A stretch of DNA of 64,000 nucleotides from an uncultured Candidatus Rokubacteria bacterium (GTDB lineage: Bacteria > Methylomirabilota > Methylomirabilia > Rokubacteriales > CSP1-6). The number at the start of each line of letters is the position of its first letter. The stretch's first letter is position 1. The notes beneath the pieces are model-generated. The model saw nothing but the letters and a program-made list of their open reading frames with translations, was not told the origin of the DNA and searched no databases. The position numbers were made by a program, and so were the translations under genes. The stretch lies in assembly GCA_963789955.1 (NCBI GenBank), contig CAWBMV010000034.1, positions 256,001-320,000 of the forward strand, written 5' to 3'. Shown one piece after another: positions 22,201-33,089 of this stretch.

Positions 22201-22521
22201 GCCGATCTCCGCGCCGAGCTCGCCGATCGGTTCGGCCCCTTGCCGGCGCCGGCCGATCAGCTGCTGGACATCGTGCGCATCCGCGTCGCGGCCCGCTCCG
22301 TGGGCATCGAGAAGGTCGAGGCCGGTGAGGGCAAGGCACTGGTCACGTTCTCGCCGGTCACCAAGCTGGACCCGGAGCACCTCGTCCGCGTCATCCAGCG
22401 AAGCCGGGGTCGCTTCAAGATGAAGCGCGAGTTCACGCTCGAGGCCACGATCCTGCGTGGCGAGTGGCCTCGGGTTCGCGACTCTCTCCTCGGGATGCTC
22501 GCCGACCTGGGACGTTCGTGA
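19300..22521 (+). CDS. mfd: Transcription-repair coupling factor
   Basis: RGGIVDVF, CarD-like [38 protein letters not shown]-terminus. Confidence 0.97.
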   Translation: MLREWPAFEALAKSFAEGDPCLRVAGLTGSARALAVAELLQAHPRPALVVVAGLAEAHRWTQDLKLFGATALEFPSPEPRLWRGGHHRELDAERAVIARRLTVADLVTVVATPAALSAPLWSREAFAARTLRLATGDRLDRELLLEALERCGYEKVETVVTVGQWSLRGGIVDVFSPSQAGPARLEFFGDDIESIRLFDPTSQRSVGKLDELLVLPLPPEDSAPEPSARLLDYLPASAPVLVDLPKLLDEPTDETVAEPPLRERLAGRQLVELSLVAGTSSATASPEAATEIVLETQEVPRFTGRFNQLTAEIARWRIEGFRVRLTAADERQAEHVRQILREHQVEAEIATSFEGSQTLTIVVGECSMGFSIPALGLIVLTEGEVFGSRRRSLRRPKYQRGAALTAFTDLAPGDIIVHEDHGLGRYLGLQTMKVGDRESDFLLLEYSEGNRLYLPVERLELISKYLGGDAGAARLDRLGGASWQRVKESVRAALREMAEGLLRLYAQRAVTEGHAFAGDTPWQREFEAAFRFEETADQLRAIEESKRDMESGRPMDRLVAGDVGYGKTEVALRAAFKAVGDGMQVAVLVPTTVLAQQHWSTFADRFAPFPAKVELLSRFRSPKEQKAVVEGLRQGTVDVVIGTHRLLSKDVAFKNLGLMVIDEEHRFGVAHKERMKQLRASVDVLALTATPIPRTLYMSLSGVRDMSVIETAPLDRLPVETVIRRFSRGVIKEALERELARGGQVFFVHNRVQSLPSMAKLVQELVPEARVIMGHGQMKERELEATMVKFVTGQADVLVSTAIVESGLDIPASNTIIINRADRFGLAQLYQLRGRVGRERQQAYAYLLVPADGRVDEQAQRRLRALQELTELGSGFKLAMRDLEIRGAGNLLGAQQHGHIAAVGYDLYSKLLAEAVRELAGNQTDATVDPVISVAVEGFLSDEYVPEVNQRLALYKRLAGATSDAEVADLRAELADRFGPLPAPADQLLDIVRIRVAARSVGIEKVEAGEGKALVTFSPVTKLDPEHLVRVIQRSRGRFKMKREFTLEATILRGEWPRVRDSLLGMLADLGRS

Positions 22522-23615
22522 TCCGACGACTCCTGCGGCCGGTGCTCCTGACTCTCCTCCTGGCCGGGTGTTCGGTGCCTCAATGGATGCCGCTCATCGG
22601 CGGCGAGAAGCCGGTGAAGGACGAGCCGCCGAAGGCGGCGGGGCCGCCGCCGACATCGGCGGCGGTGCCGGTGCGACTGAGCTCCAACGGGTCGAAGGCA
22701 ACCCCACCCGACGAGCGAGTGACCGACCGCGTGCTGGCCATCGTGAACAACGACGCGATCACCCTCTCGGAGATCCAGGAGGCGATCGCCGTCTACAGGT
22801 ACGAGAATCGCGACCGGACGACCGAGAGCTCCGACCAGCTCGTCCAGCAGTTCCTGACGCGGATGATCGACAGCCGGCTGCAGGTGCAGGAGGCCGAGCG
22901 GGAAAAGATCGTCATCGACGAGGCCGAGATCGACGAAGAGCTGGCCGACCGCATCAAGAAGATGAACATGAAGAACCAGGAGGAGTTCGAGGCGGCGCTC
23001 AAGGCGCAGGGCATCCCGATGGCGGCGATCAGAAAGCGAATCGCCGACGAGCTGCGCCGCGGCCGCATCGTGAGCCGGAAGGTCCGGCTCCGCATCTCGG
23101 TGACGGAAGACGAGGTCACGCAGTATCTCGAGGCGAATCGGCCGAAGCTCGAGACGGGTCTCGCGTATCACGCGCGCCACATCCTGGTCCTGCCCGAGAC
23201 CGGCGCCGAGGACGCTGCCTGGGAGAACGCGCGCATCCGGGCCGAGCTGCTTCGGACTCAGCTGCTGCAGGGCGCCGACTTCGCCGAGCTGGCGAAGCAG
23301 AATTCGCGCGACGCGAGCGCCCGGGACGGCGGCGATCTCGGAACGCTCAAGCGCGGCGAGCTCGCGCTGGACATCGAGACGCAGATCCTGAGCCTGTCAC
23401 CCGGACAGATCTCGTCTCCGTATCGCTCCGCGCTCGGGTATCACATCTTCCGACTCGAATCGAAGGAGACCCTCGAGGGCGAGGGGCTGGCCCGCGTCCG
23501 GGCTCAGATCCGCGAGATTCTCTTCCGCGAAAAATTCGACACGCGGCTCGACGCGTGGCTCAAGGAGATCAAACAGCGCGCCGTCATCGACGTGCGCCTG
23601 GATGGACAACTCTGA
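22518..23615 (+). CDS. SurA/PrsA-like parvulin peptidylprolyl isomerase, predicted lipoprotein
   Basis: Lipobox LLAGC; DRVLAIVNNDAITLSE; HARHIL, DFAELAK, GGDLG, GYHIF. Confidence 0.88.
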   Translation: MIRRLLRPVLLTLLLAGCSVPQWMPLIGGEKPVKDEPPKAAGPPPTSAAVPVRLSSNGSKATPPDERVTDRVLAIVNNDAITLSEIQEAIAVYRYENRDRTTESSDQLVQQFLTRMIDSRLQVQEAEREKIVIDEAEIDEELADRIKKMNMKNQEEFEAALKAQGIPMAAIRKRIADELRRGRIVSRKVRLRISVTEDEVTQYLEANRPKLETGLAYHARHILVLPETGAEDAAWENARIRAELLRTQLLQGADFAELAKQNSRDASARDGGDLGTLKRGELALDIETQILSLSPGQISSPYRSALGYHIFRLESKETLEGEGLARVRAQIREILFREKFDTRLDAWLKEIKQRAVIDVRLDGQL

Positions 23616-23621
23616 AAAGTA

Positions 23622-23651
23622 TTGACAATCGCGCCGCCAAAATGGGACGAT
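23622..23651 (+). promoter_or_regulatory. Putative promoter upstream of rho
   Basis: Consensus TTGACA in AT-rich intergenic DNA; -10 weak (GACGAT). Confidence 0.4.
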
Positions 23652-23815
23652 GTGTTCCGCGTTAGCTTTCCAACCCCCCAGAAAACCTAGGGAAACAGGC
23701 TAACCTATCCACTTGCTTGCGGCGCCAGCGCCGCGCCCGGAGCCCTTTGATGAGCGCCCGCCGAGAACGAAGCCAAGGCCAAGGAAGTCCGACACAAAAC
23801 CCCGAAGTGAACGGG

Positions 23816-25069
23816 ATGAATCTTTCCGAATTGAAGGAAAAGAGCATCTCGGACCTCAACGTCATCGCCCGCGACCTGAACGTCCAGAACATGGGCGGCC
23901 TGCGCAAGCAGGAGCTGATCTTCAAAATATTGCAGTCGCAGGCGGAGAAGGACGGTCTGATCTTCGCCGAAGGCGTTCTGGAGGTCCTGCCGGACGGCTT
24001 CGGATTCCTGCGCGCGCCGGACTACAACTACTTACCGGGGCCGGACGACATCTACGTGTCGCCGTCCCAGATCAGACGGTTCGACCTCCGCACCGGCGAC
24101 ACCATCTCCGGTCAGGTGCGTCCGCCCAAGGATACGGAGCGGTACTTCGCGCTCCTGAAGGTCGAGGCGATCAATTTCGAGACGCCCGAGCAGGCGCGCG
24201 AGAAGATCTTCTTCGACAACCTCACGCCGCTCTATCCGATGGAGCGGCTGCGCCTCGAGCACGACTCCGAGAACCTGACGACGCGGGTCATGGATCTGCT
24301 CTGCCCGATCGGCAAAGGCCAGCGCGGCATGATCGTGGCCGCCCCCCGCACCGGTAAGACGATGATGCTGCAGTCGATCGCCCACGCGATCGCGACGAAT
24401 CACCCCGAGGTCTATCTGATCGTGCTCCTGATCGACGAGCGCCCCGAGGAAGTCACCGACATGCAGCGGTCGGTGAAGGGCGAGGTCATCTCGTCCACGT
24501 TCGACGAGCCGCCGCAGCGCCACATCCAGGTCGCCGACATGGTGATCGAGAAGGCCAAGCGTCTGGTCGAGCACAAGCGGGACGTCGTGATCCTGCTCGA
24601 CTCCCTCACGCGGTTCGCGCGCGCCCACAACGCGGTCATCCCGTCGTCGGGCAAGGTCCTGTCGGGCGGTCTCGACGCCAACGCGCTGCAGCGCCCGCGG
24701 CGCTTCTTCGCGACGGCACGGAACATCGAAGAGGGCGGCTCGCTGACGATCATGGCCACCGCCATCGTCGATACCGGCAGCCGGATGGACGACGTCATCT
24801 TCGAGGAGTTCAAGGGGACCGGCAACATGGAGGTCCACCTCGACCGCCGGCTGATGGACAAGCGCGTCTTTCCGACCATCAATATCGAGCAGTCGGGCAC
24901 CCGGAAGGAAGAGCTGCTCCTCGAGAAGGACGAGCTTCAGAAAGTCTGGCTCCTTCGCAAGGCACTCTCTCAGCTCAACCCCGTCGAGGGCATGGAGCTC
25001 CTGCTGGACAAGCTCAAGCTCACCAAGACCAACAAGGAGTTCCTGGCCTCGATGCACTCGATGGGGTAG
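23816..25069 (+). CDS. rho: Transcription termination factor Rho (start may be 23750)
   Basis: [48 protein letters not shown]. Confidence 0.97.
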   Translation: MNLSELKEKSISDLNVIARDLNVQNMGGLRKQELIFKILQSQAEKDGLIFAEGVLEVLPDGFGFLRAPDYNYLPGPDDIYVSPSQIRRFDLRTGDTISGQVRPPKDTERYFALLKVEAINFETPEQAREKIFFDNLTPLYPMERLRLEHDSENLTTRVMDLLCPIGKGQRGMIVAAPRTGKTMMLQSIAHAIATNHPEVYLIVLLIDERPEEVTDMQRSVKGEVISSTFDEPPQRHIQVADMVIEKAKRLVEHKRDVVILLDSLTRFARAHNAVIPSSGKVLSGGLDANALQRPRRFFATARNIEEGGSLTIMATAIVDTGSRMDDVIFEEFKGTGNMEVHLDRRLMDKRVFPTINIEQSGTRKEELLLEKDELQKVWLLRKALSQLNPVEGMELLLDKLKLTKTNKEFLASMHSMG

Positions 25070-25090
25070 GCGAGGCCGAATTCCGCGGTT

Positions 25091-25119
25091 TTGCGTGTTC
25101 CGGCCGGGGCTGGTATCCT
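25091..25119 (+). promoter_or_regulatory. Putative sigma70 promoter for rpmE
   Basis: TTGCGT-17 nt-TATCCT with extended TG. Confidence 0.55.
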
Positions 25120-25144
25120 TTGTAGCCCTGAGGGGGTGGCGACA

Positions 25145-25360
25145 GTGAAGGTGGGTATTCATCCGGATTATGTGGACACGACCATCACGTGCGCGTGCGG
25201 CGAGGTGGTTCACACCCGTTCGACCAAGCCCGACATCCGCGTGGAAGTGTGCTCCAAGTGCCATCCGTTCTATACCGGTAAGCACAAGCTCATGGACACG
25301 GCCGGTCGGGTCGAGCGATTCCAGAAGAAGTACAAGCGCCAGCCGCTGGCGACGTCGTAA
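25145..25360 (+). CDS. rpmE: 50S ribosomal protein L31 (Zn-binding type)
   Basis: [32 protein letters not shown]. Confidence 0.96.
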   Translation: MKVGIHPDYVDTTITCACGEVVHTRSTKPDIRVEVCSKCHPFYTGKHKLMDTAGRVERFQKKYKRQPLATS

Positions 25361-25372
25361 CACGCGCTCCGA

Positions 25373-25408
25373 GGCCGGTGGGATCGAGCTCCTGCCGGCC
25401 TTTTCTTT
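25373..25408 (+). terminator. Intrinsic terminator after rpmE
   Basis: GGCCGGTGGGA..TCCTGCCGGCC stem followed by TTTTCTTT. Confidence 0.7.
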
Positions 25409-25415
25409 GTCCATA

Positions 25416-25467
25416 GGCGCGCCTCGGCCGGCGGGGCCCCAGCCCCGCGACGGCCTGCAGCGCGCAC
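25416..25467 (+). repeat. REP-like hairpin repeat, copy 3 (full length)
   Basis: GGCGCGCCTCGGCCGGCGGGGCCCCAGCCCCGCGACGGCCTGCAGCGCGCAC. Confidence 0.88.
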
Positions 25468-25514
25468 TACCACGCCCATCGAACGGCGTCCGCCAACGGG
25501 CGCGTTGAGCCGCG

Positions 25515-26588
25515 ATGCTGTTTGACAAGCTTCGCCAGATCGAAGAGCGATCCAACGAGATCGCGCGGGCGCTGTCCGATCCCGCCATCTTCAGCCAGCC
25601 GAACGAGTACGCCCGGCTTCGCCGGGAGCACGCCGACACCGTCGAGATCGTCGAGCGCTTCATCCTCTACCGCGACGTCCTGCGCCGCATCGGGGAAGCG
25701 CGGCACATCCTGGCCGAGGGCGGTGACCGCGAGCTGGCCGAGCTCGCCCAGGCGGAGATCGACGAGCTCACCGTCAAGCAGACCGCGCTCGAGGAAGAGC
25801 TGAAGCGGCTCCTGCTGCCGCGCGATCCCAACGACGAGAAGAACGTCTTCGTCGAGATCCGCGCCGGCGCCGGCGGCGACGAAGCCGCGCTCTTCGCCGC
25901 GGACCTCACCCGGATGTACACGAAATACGCCGAGCGTCAGAAGTGGCGCGTCGAGGTCATGGACGCGAGCGCCACCGGAGTCGGCGGGTTCAAGGACGTG
26001 ATCCTGTTCGTCCACGGCCGCGGCGCCTGGAGCCGGCTGAAGTTCGAGCGCGGCGTGCATCGCGTGCAGCGCGTGCCCGTCACCGAGTCGAGCGGCCGGA
26101 TTCACACCTCGACGGTGACCGTCGCGGTCCTGCCGGAGGCCGAGGACGTCGACGTCAAGATCGAGGAAAAGGACCTGCGCGTCGACGTCTATCGCTCGTC
26201 CGGGCCCGGCGGTCAGGGCGTCAACACGACGGACTCGGCGGTGCGGATCACGCACCTGCCGACCGGCCTCGTCGTGACGTGCCAGGACGAGCGGTCGCAA
26301 ATCAAGAACCGCGCGAAGGCGATGCGCGTGCTCAAGGCGCGGCTGCTCGAGCGCGCGCAGCAAGAGCAGCAGGCGGCGATCGCGGCGGACCGCAAGAGCC
26401 AGGTCGGTACGGGCGAGCGGAGCGAGCGGATCCGTACCTACAATTTCCCGCAGACGCGGGTCACCGATCATCGCATCGGGCTCACGCTCCATCGGCTGCC
26501 GACCGTGCTGGAAGGCGATCTCGACGAGCTGATCGACGCGCTCGTGTCGGCCGAAGAAGCCGAGCGCCTGCAGCGGGTGGAGCACTGA
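25515..26588 (+). CDS. prfA: Peptide chain release factor 1
   Basis: PVT motif (VQRVPVTES), GGQ motif ([10 protein letters not shown]). Confidence 0.97.
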   Translation: MLFDKLRQIEERSNEIARALSDPAIFSQPNEYARLRREHADTVEIVERFILYRDVLRRIGEARHILAEGGDRELAELAQAEIDELTVKQTALEEELKRLLLPRDPNDEKNVFVEIRAGAGGDEAALFAADLTRMYTKYAERQKWRVEVMDASATGVGGFKDVILFVHGRGAWSRLKFERGVHRVQRVPVTESSGRIHTSTVTVAVLPEAEDVDVKIEEKDLRVDVYRSSGPGGQGVNTTDSAVRITHLPTGLVVTCQDERSQIKNRAKAMRVLKARLLERAQQEQQAAIAADRKSQVGTGERSERIRTYNFPQTRVTDHRIGLTLHRLPTVLEGDLDELIDALVSAEEAERLQRVEH

Positions 26589-27448
26589 TGGCGGCCGCGA
26601 CCTACGCCGACCAGCTCGCCGCCGCGACGACGGCGCTGGAGGCCGCCGGTCTGCCGAGCGCCCGCGTCGACGCCGAGTGGCTGCTCGCCGGACTGCTCGG
26701 GCTCGGCCGAGTGGCGGCCCGCCTGGAGCTGGGGGAAGCGGCTCCCGCGCCGCTCGCCGAGCGTTACGCCCGTGCCGTGAGCCGGCGGGCGCGGCGCGAG
26801 CCGCTCCAGCGGATCCTGGGCTGGGAAGAGTTCCGCGGCGTGCGCGTGCGCCTCACCGATTCGGTGCTCGTGCCGCGGCCCGAGACCGAGACGCTCGTCG
26901 AGTGGGCGCTGGCGCTCCTGCCTGCGCCCGGTCCCCGGCGGCTGCTGGCGATCGACGTCGGCACCGGGTCGGGATGTATCGCGTGCGCGCTGGCCAGTGA
27001 GCGTGCCGACCTCGACGTCGTCGCCGTCGACGTCTCGCCCGCCGCCGCGGCCGTCGCGCGCGAGAACGTGCGCGCCCTCGACCTCGCGGGGCGGGTCCGG
27101 GTGGTCGCGGCGGACCTGTTCGCCGGGTTGCGCGACATCCGGGCCGACCTGATCGTGAGCAATCCGCCGTATCTTCCGAGCGCGCTCATGCCGGAGCTCC
27201 CGCCGGAGGTGCGGATCCACGAGCCGAGGCTTGCTCTCGACGGCGGAAGCGACGGCCTCGCGGTGATCCGTAGGATCGCGACCGCGGCGCGCCCTTACCT
27301 GCGTCCGTCCGGCGTGCTCGTCGTCGAGACCGCGGGCGGCGATCAGGCGTCCGCCGCCGCGGCGCTCCTGCGCGGGGCGGGCTGGGATCAGGTGGCGGTG
27401 CGCGGCGACCTGGTCGGCATCGAGCGGTTCGTCGCCGGGAGAGCGTGA
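26588..27448 (+). CDS. prmC: Release factor glutamine methyltransferase
   Basis: VLVPRPETE, DVGTGSGCIA, SNPPY; TGATG-coupled to prfA. Confidence 0.95.
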   Translation: MAAATYADQLAAATTALEAAGLPSARVDAEWLLAGLLGLGRVAARLELGEAAPAPLAERYARAVSRRARREPLQRILGWEEFRGVRVRLTDSVLVPRPETETLVEWALALLPAPGPRRLLAIDVGTGSGCIACALASERADLDVVAVDVSPAAAAVARENVRALDLAGRVRVVAADLFAGLRDIRADLIVSNPPYLPSALMPELPPEVRIHEPRLALDGGSDGLAVIRRIATAARPYLRPSGVLVVETAGGDQASAAAALLRGAGWDQVAVRGDLVGIERFVAGRA

Positions 27449-27507
27449 TGCCGGCTCGTCTCGAGATCGAGGGCGGTGTGCCGCTCCGGGGCCGCGGGCG
27501 CTCATGA
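27448..27507 (+). pseudogene. murA-like vestige: 19-aa mini-[22 protein letters not shown]
   Basis: Resembles MurA N-terminus (xxLxIxGGxxLxG) at the prmC-hisG position; TGATG and ATGA overlaps at its ends. Confidence 0.65.
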
Positions 27508-28163
27508 AGGCGCGCCTCACGCTCGCGCTGCCGAAGGGACGCCTGCTCGACGGCGCGCTGGAGCTCCTGCGCGAGCTCGGCGTCGAGGGCGTCGACCAGG
27601 ACTCGCGCCGATTGATCTTCACCGATCCGCGCAGCGGGCTGCGCATGCTGTTCCTGAAGCCCGTCGACATCCCGGCGTACGTGCTGTACGGCGCGGCCGA
27701 CGTGGGCATCGTCGGCAAGGACATCCTGCTGGAGCAGGAGCCCGACGTCTACGAGCCGCTCGATCTCGGGTTCGGATTCTGCCGGCTCGTGGTGGCGGAG
27801 CTGCGCGAGCTCCAGGAGCGCGACGATCCGACGAAGTGGTCGTGGGTCCGCGTCGCGACGAAATACCCCCGGCTGGCCGAGCAGTACTTCACCGAGCGCG
27901 GCGTCCAGGTGGAGCTCGTGCGGCTCGACGGCTCGGTCGAGCTGGCGCCGCTCGTGGGGCTCGCCGAGCGCATCGTCGATCTGGTCCAGTCGGGCGAGAC
28001 CTTGCGGGCGAACGGGCTGGTCGAGGTCGCCGAGATCACCCGATCGACCGCGCGCCTGATCGTGAACCGCGCGTCGATGAAGACCGAGCACGCGGCGGTC
28101 AACGAGCTCGTCGACGAGATGAAAAAGGCGCTCCACGCCGCGCCCCGAGGCGCCCAGCCATGA
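27504..28163 (+). CDS. hisG: ATP phosphoribosyltransferase, short form
   Basis: [40 protein letters not shown]; 219 aa. Confidence 0.95.
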   Translation: MKARLTLALPKGRLLDGALELLRELGVEGVDQDSRRLIFTDPRSGLRMLFLKPVDIPAYVLYGAADVGIVGKDILLEQEPDVYEPLDLGFGFCRLVVAELRELQERDDPTKWSWVRVATKYPRLAEQYFTERGVQVELVRLDGSVELAPLVGLAERIVDLVQSGETLRANGLVEVAEITRSTARLIVNRASMKTEHAAVNELVDEMKKALHAAPRGAQP

Positions 28164-29475
28164 TCCGGACCCTGGACGCGCGGGCCGGTGTCGACGCGGT
28201 CGTGGCGGCGCTCGAGCGCTCGCCCGAGACGGTCGCGCCCGAGATCCACCGGACCGTCGACACGATCCTCGCCGCGGTCCGCGCGCGTGGCGACGCGGCG
28301 CTCTGCGAGCACACGGCGCGACTCGACGGCTGGACTCCCGCGCGCCCGGCCGATCTGGCGCTGGCCTCGGCCGACTTCGAGAACGCCGAGCGTGCGGTTG
28401 CCGCCGACGTTCGCGCGGCCCTGGGATACGCGGCCGAGCGCATCGAGCGCTACCACGCCGCCGCGATGCCGAAGTCGTGGCGGATGACCGACGAGCACGG
28501 CTCGATCCTGGGTCAGGAAGTGCGCCCGCTCGACCGCGTCGGGGTCTACGTTCCGGGCGGGCGCGCCGCGTATCCGTCCACCGTGTTGATGACGGTCGTC
28601 CCGGCACGGGTCGCCGGCGTGAAGGAGATCGTGCTCGTCACGCCCGCCGGCGCCGGCGGCCGGATCGATCCGGTCGTGCTCGCCGCCGCCCGGATCGCCG
28701 GCGTCACCGAGGGCTATCGGATCGGCGGCGCGCAGGCGGTCGCGGCGCTCGCGTACGGCACGTCGTCGATCCGCCGGGTCGACAAGATCGTGGGCCCCGG
28801 CAACATCTACGTCGCGCTCGCCAAGTCACGCGTCTTCGGCGAGGTCGGGATCGACATGGTGGCCGGGCCCAGCGAGGTCGTCGTCATCGCCGACGCGGCC
28901 GCGTCCGCCGAGTGGATCGCCAGCGACATGCTCGCCCAGGCCGAGCACGACCCGATGGCGCGCGCGCTCTTGATCACCGACACGAGCGAGCTGATCCCGC
29001 GCGTGGAGGCGGCCCTGGAGCGTCAGCTCGCGACATTGCCCCGGCGCGCGATCGCCGAGCAGTCGCTCCAGGCCAACGGCGCCCTGATCCGGGTGGCGAA
29101 TCTCGACGACGCGGTCACCTTGGCCAACTTGCTCGCGCCCGAGCACCTCGAGCTGCTGGTGGCCGCGCCCGCGGCGCTGCTGCCGCGGGTGAAGCACGCC
29201 GGGCGCGATCTTTCTCGGCGGGCACACGCCGGAGGTGGTGGGCGACTACGTCGCCGGACCCGAACCACGTGCTGCCGACGGCGGGCACGGCGCGGTTCGC
29301 GTCGCCGCTCTCGACGGACGATTTCGTGAAGCGCTCGAGCGTGATCGAATACTCGCGCGGCGGACTGCGCGCCGCCGCGCCGCATCTGACGACCCTGGCG
29401 CGCATCGAGGGCCTGGCCGGGCACGGCAACGCGGCGGCCCTGCGGCTGGACCCCGACGGAGGGAAGAGCACATGA
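28160..29475 (+). CDS. hisD: Histidinol dehydrogenase (frameshifts near 29200 and 29260)
   Basis: [48 protein letters not shown]. Confidence 0.93.
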
Positions 29476-30077
29476 GCCCCGACCCCACGGCCCGGCAGGC
29501 ACGCGTCGAGCGCAAGACGAAGGAGACGGAGATCGCGCTCCACCTCAATATCGACGGCACCGGCGCCTCCAAGGTGCAGACGCCGATCCCGTTCTTCAGC
29601 CACATGCTGGAGGCCTGGTCGAAGCACGGGCTGATGGATCTCGCGGTCGAGGCGCAGGGCGACGTCGAGGTCGACCAGCACCACACCGTGGAGGACGTGG
29701 GGATCGTCCTCGGCCAGGCGCTCCGCCAGGCGCTCGGCGACAAGCGCGGCATCGTGCGCTACGGAACGTCGTACATCCCGATGGACGAGGCGCTGGTCTC
29801 GTCGTCCGTCGATCTGTCCGGCCGGCCGTTTCTGGTCTTCAGCGTGCCGGTCGCACGCTCGCGCGTGTCGAACTTCGATCTCGACCTGCTCCAGGAGTTT
29901 TTCCGCGCCTTCGCGTTCAACGCCGAGATCACGCTCCACGTGACCATGCACTACGGCCACAATCTCCACCACGTCACCGAAGCCGTGTTCAAGGCCGTCG
30001 GGCGAGCGCTGGCCGAGGCGACGCGGCTGAATCCTCGCATCACCGGGATCTTGCCGTCGACGAAGGGTACGTTGTGA
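29472..30077 (+). CDS. hisB: Imidazoleglycerol-phosphate dehydratase
   Basis: [32 protein letters not shown]. Confidence 0.96.
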   Translation: MSPDPTARQARVERKTKETEIALHLNIDGTGASKVQTPIPFFSHMLEAWSKHGLMDLAVEAQGDVEVDQHHTVEDVGIVLGQALRQALGDKRGIVRYGTSYIPMDEALVSSSVDLSGRPFLVFSVPVARSRVSNFDLDLLQEFFRAFAFNAEITLHVTMHYGHNLHHVTEAVFKAVGRALAEATRLNPRITGILPSTKGTL

Positions 30078-30170
30078 TCGCCGCTTACGAGCCGCAGCCG
30101 AAGGCGAGGCGAGGCTATGATCGCCGCTTTACGAGCCGCAGCCGAAGGCGAGGCGAGGCTATGATCGCCG
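30075..30170 (+). repeat. Tandem duplication (43 + 44 bp units plus 9-bp partial) at hisB-hisH junction
   Basis: TGATCGCCGCTT(T)ACGAGCCGCAGCCGAAGGCGAGGCGAGGCTA twice, then TGATCGCCG. Confidence 0.9.
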
Positions 30171-30904
30171 TGATCGATTACGGGCGCGGGAATCTCGGCT
30201 CGGTCGAGAAGGCGTTCCGGCGCATCGGGATGCCGGCGGTGATCACGCAGGATCCGCGGAGCCTCGACGAGGCCGACGCGGTGGTGCTCCCCGGCGACGG
30301 CGCGTTCCACGACGCGATGGCGAACCTCGATCGCCTCGGCCTCGTGCCCGCGTTGCGTCGGGCGCTCGACGGCAGCCGGCCGTTTCTCGGCATCTGCCTC
30401 GGCTATCAGCTGCTGTTCTCGACGAGCGAGGAGTTCGGCGAGGGACGCGGGCTCGACGTGGTGCCGGGCGCCGTGCGCCGGCTGCCGGCCGGACGGAAGA
30501 TCCCGCACATGGGCTGGAATCGCGTGGAGCACGCGGGAGAGCTTCGGCTCTTCGACGGCATACCGTCGGGCGCGCACTTCTATTTCGTCCACTCGTTTTA
30601 TCCAGTTGTAGCGGGGGCCGTGAGCACGGCTTTGACCGAGGGTGGCCTGAGACAGGCGCGTGTGGCTCCGGACGCCCGATCTGATGCTTCGGACTCGCGA
30701 TCCGGGGCTCCGGACGCGGGGTCTTTGGTTCCGGAGGCTCGGTCCGTTGCGTTGCGGACGGCGTGGTGCGAGTACGGCGTGAAGTTTGCCGCTGCGATCG
30801 AGGTGGGGCGGATTCATGCGACGCAGTTCCATCCCGAGAAGAGCCAGCGGTGGGGGCTCCGCATGCTCGAGAACTTCGCCGCCATCGTGAAGAGCGGCCG
30901 GTGA
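30161..30904 (+). CDS. hisH: Imidazole glycerol phosphate synthase glutaminase subunit, with ~40-aa insertion
   Basis: IAVIDYGRGNLGSV, LGICLGYQ, PHMGWN, YFVHSFY, QFHPEKS. Confidence 0.94.
   Translation: MIAVIDYGRGNLGSVEKAFRRIGMPAVITQDPRSLDEADAVVLPGDGAFHDAMANLDRLGLVPALRRALDGSRPFLGICLGYQLLFSTSEEFGEGRGLDVVPGAVRRLPAGRKIPHMGWNRVEHAGELRLFDGIPSGAHFYFVHSFYPVVAGAVSTALTEGGLRQARVAPDARSDASDSRSGAPDAGSLVPEARSVALRTAWCEYGVKFAAAIEVGRIHATQFHPEKSQRWGLRMLENFAAIVKSGR
30662..30745 (+). repeat. Degenerate 21-bp x4 in-frame repeat inside hisH
   Basis: Encodes VAPDARS-DASDSRS-GAPDAGS-LVPEARS. Confidence 0.75.
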
Positions 30905-31653
30905 TCGTCATCCCGGCGATCGACCTGCGCGGCGGCCGCTGCGTACGCCTGCATCAGGGCCGCAGCGATCGCGAGACCGTGTTCTCGGACGATCCGGTCG
31001 CGGTCGCGCTCCAGTGGAAGGAGCTCGGCGCCGAGCGGCTGCACGTCGTGGACCTCGACGGCGCCTTCGCCGGTGAGCCGCGGCAGAGCGCGCTCGTCAC
31101 GAAGATCGTCGCGGCGATGGCGCCGGTGCCGGTCGAGGTCGGCGGCGGTCTGCGTGACCTCCGGGCCGTCGAGACCGCGCTGGAGACCGGCGCCCGCTGG
31201 GCGGTGGTCGGGACGCGCGCGGCGCTCGACCACGCATTCCTCCAGGACGTCTGCCGCCGCTACCCCGGCCGGATCGTCATCGCCGTCGACGCCAAGGGCC
31301 ATCAGGTCGCGATCAAGGGCTGGACCGAGGTGGTGGACGACACGGTGGCCCAGGTCGGCGCGCGGTCGCGCGACGCGGGCGCGGCGGCGCTGCTGTACAC
31401 GGACGTGAGTCGCGACGGGACGGAGACCGGGCCCAACGTCGAGTACACGGCGACGCTCGCGCGCGAAGTCGCGATGCCCGTTCTGGCCTCGGGCGGTGTC
31501 GGCCGCGTCGAGGACCTCGCCCGGCTGGCGGCGATCCCCGGCGTCGTGGGCACGGTCGTCGGGCGCGCGCTCTATACGGGCGCGATCGACTTGCGCCGGG
31601 CGAAGGAAGTCGCGGCGGCTGGCGCGGGACCGGCCGCGGCGTCTCGGGGCTGA
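30901..31653 (+). CDS. hisA: ProFAR isomerase
   Basis: [37 protein letters not shown]. Confidence 0.95.
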   Translation: MIVIPAIDLRGGRCVRLHQGRSDRETVFSDDPVAVALQWKELGAERLHVVDLDGAFAGEPRQSALVTKIVAAMAPVPVEVGGGLRDLRAVETALETGARWAVVGTRAALDHAFLQDVCRRYPGRIVIAVDAKGHQVAIKGWTEVVDDTVAQVGARSRDAGAAALLYTDVSRDGTETGPNVEYTATLAREVAMPVLASGGVGRVEDLARLAAIPGVVGTVVGRALYTGAIDLRRAKEVAAAGAGPAAASRG

Positions 31654-31655
31654 TC

Positions 31656-32435
31656 GTGCTGGCCAAGCGAGTGGTGCCGTGCCTGGACGTGAAGGACGGC
31701 CGTGTCGTCAAGGGCGTGCGGTTCGTCGACCTGCGTGATGCCGGCGACCCGGTCGAGGCCGCGCTCGCGTACGACGCGCAGGGAGCCGACGAGCTCGTGT
31801 TCCTCGACATCACGGCCTCGCACGAGGCGCGCGACACCATGCTCGACGTCGTGCGCCGCACGGCCGAGGGAATCTACATGCCGCTCACCGTCGGTGGCGG
31901 CATCCGCACCGTCGAGGACGTTCGGCGCTTGCTTCGCGCCGGCGCCGACAAGATCTCGCTGAACACCGCTGCCCTCGAGCGCCCCACGGTGATCCGCGAG
32001 GCCGTGGAGCGGTTCGGAAGCCAGTGCATCGTCGTGGCGATCGATGCGCGCCGGGAACCCGGTCGCCCCGACGAGCCGCCCCGCTGGGGCGTCTATACCC
32101 ACGGTGGCCGGCGGCCGGCTGGGCGTGACGCGATCGAGTGGGCGCGCGAGGCGGTGGCGCTCGGCGCCGGCGAGATCCTCCTCACGAGCATGGACCGCGA
32201 CGGGACCAAGGACGGCTACGACCTCGAGCTCACGCGCGCGGTCTCGCAGAGCGTGTCCGTTCCGGTGATCGCATCGGGCGGCGCCGGCTCGCTCGAGCAC
32301 CTCTACGAAGGTCTGGTCGACGGCTGCGCCGACGCGGCGCTCGCCGCCTCGATCTTTCATTTCGGGACGCACACGATCGCCGAAGCGAAGGCGTACCTGC
32401 GCGGGCGCGGCGTCGAGGTACGGAGCGAGCCGTGA
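31656..32435 (+). CDS. hisF: Imidazole glycerol phosphate synthase cyclase subunit
   Basis: [42 protein letters not shown]. Confidence 0.97.
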   Translation: MLAKRVVPCLDVKDGRVVKGVRFVDLRDAGDPVEAALAYDAQGADELVFLDITASHEARDTMLDVVRRTAEGIYMPLTVGGGIRTVEDVRRLLRAGADKISLNTAALERPTVIREAVERFGSQCIVVAIDARREPGRPDEPPRWGVYTHGGRRPAGRDAIEWAREAVALGAGEILLTSMDRDGTKDGYDLELTRAVSQSVSVPVIASGGAGSLEHLYEGLVDGCADAALAASIFHFGTHTIAEAKAYLRGRGVEVRSEP

Positions 32436-33082
32436 CCCTCGACGAGCTTCGTTTCGACACGCAGGGCCTGCTGCCGGCGGTCGTGCAAGAGGCCGACACC
32501 GGCGAGCTCCTGATGGTCGCCTGGATGGACCGCGCCGCCGTCGAAGCCACCTTGTCGAGCGGCGTCACCCACTTCTGGTCGCGCTCGCGCGGCCAACCGT
32601 GGAGGAAGGGCGAGACGTCCGGGCACGTCCAGCACGTCCAGTCGGTCTACGCCGACTGTGACGGCGACACGCTCCTGGTGCAGGTGCACCAGGAAGGCGT
32701 GGCCTGCCACACCGGGCAGCGCACGTGCTTTTTCACCGCGCTCAAGGGCGGCGCCGGCGACGATCCGCGCCCGGCTCCATCGACCATGCTCGAACGCATC
32801 GAGCGCATCATCGAGGAGAGAAAGTCGACGCGGCCCGCGGGATCGTACGTCGCCGGTCTGCTGGCGGCGGGCGAGCCGCACATGTGCCGGAAGATCGGTG
32901 AAGAGGCGACCGAGGTGATCACCGCGGCGCTCGGTGGTGAGGGCGACCGGCGTGTCATCGAGGAAGTCGCCGACTTGTGGTTCCACACCCTCGTGCTGCT
33001 CGGCGCGCGTGGGATACCGCTCCGCGAGGTCCTGAAAGAGCTGGCGCGACGCCACGCGGCACGGCCCACGCCGGATCGGTAG
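32432..33082 (+). CDS. hisIE: Bifunctional PR-AMP cyclohydrolase / PR-ATP pyrophosphatase
   Basis: [40 protein letters not shown]. Confidence 0.95.
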   Translation: MTLDELRFDTQGLLPAVVQEADTGELLMVAWMDRAAVEATLSSGVTHFWSRSRGQPWRKGETSGHVQHVQSVYADCDGDTLLVQVHQEGVACHTGQRTCFFTALKGGAGDDPRPAPSTMLERIERIIEERKSTRPAGSYVAGLLAAGEPHMCRKIGEEATEVITAALGGEGDRRVIEEVADLWFHTLVLLGARGIPLREVLKELARRHAARPTPDR

Positions 33083-33089
33083 CCGGCGC

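Noticed and set aside
29472..29480. Absence of hisC and hisZ from the his cluster
   Set aside because: Both are often encoded elsewhere and no remnant is visible; cannot be judged from this window
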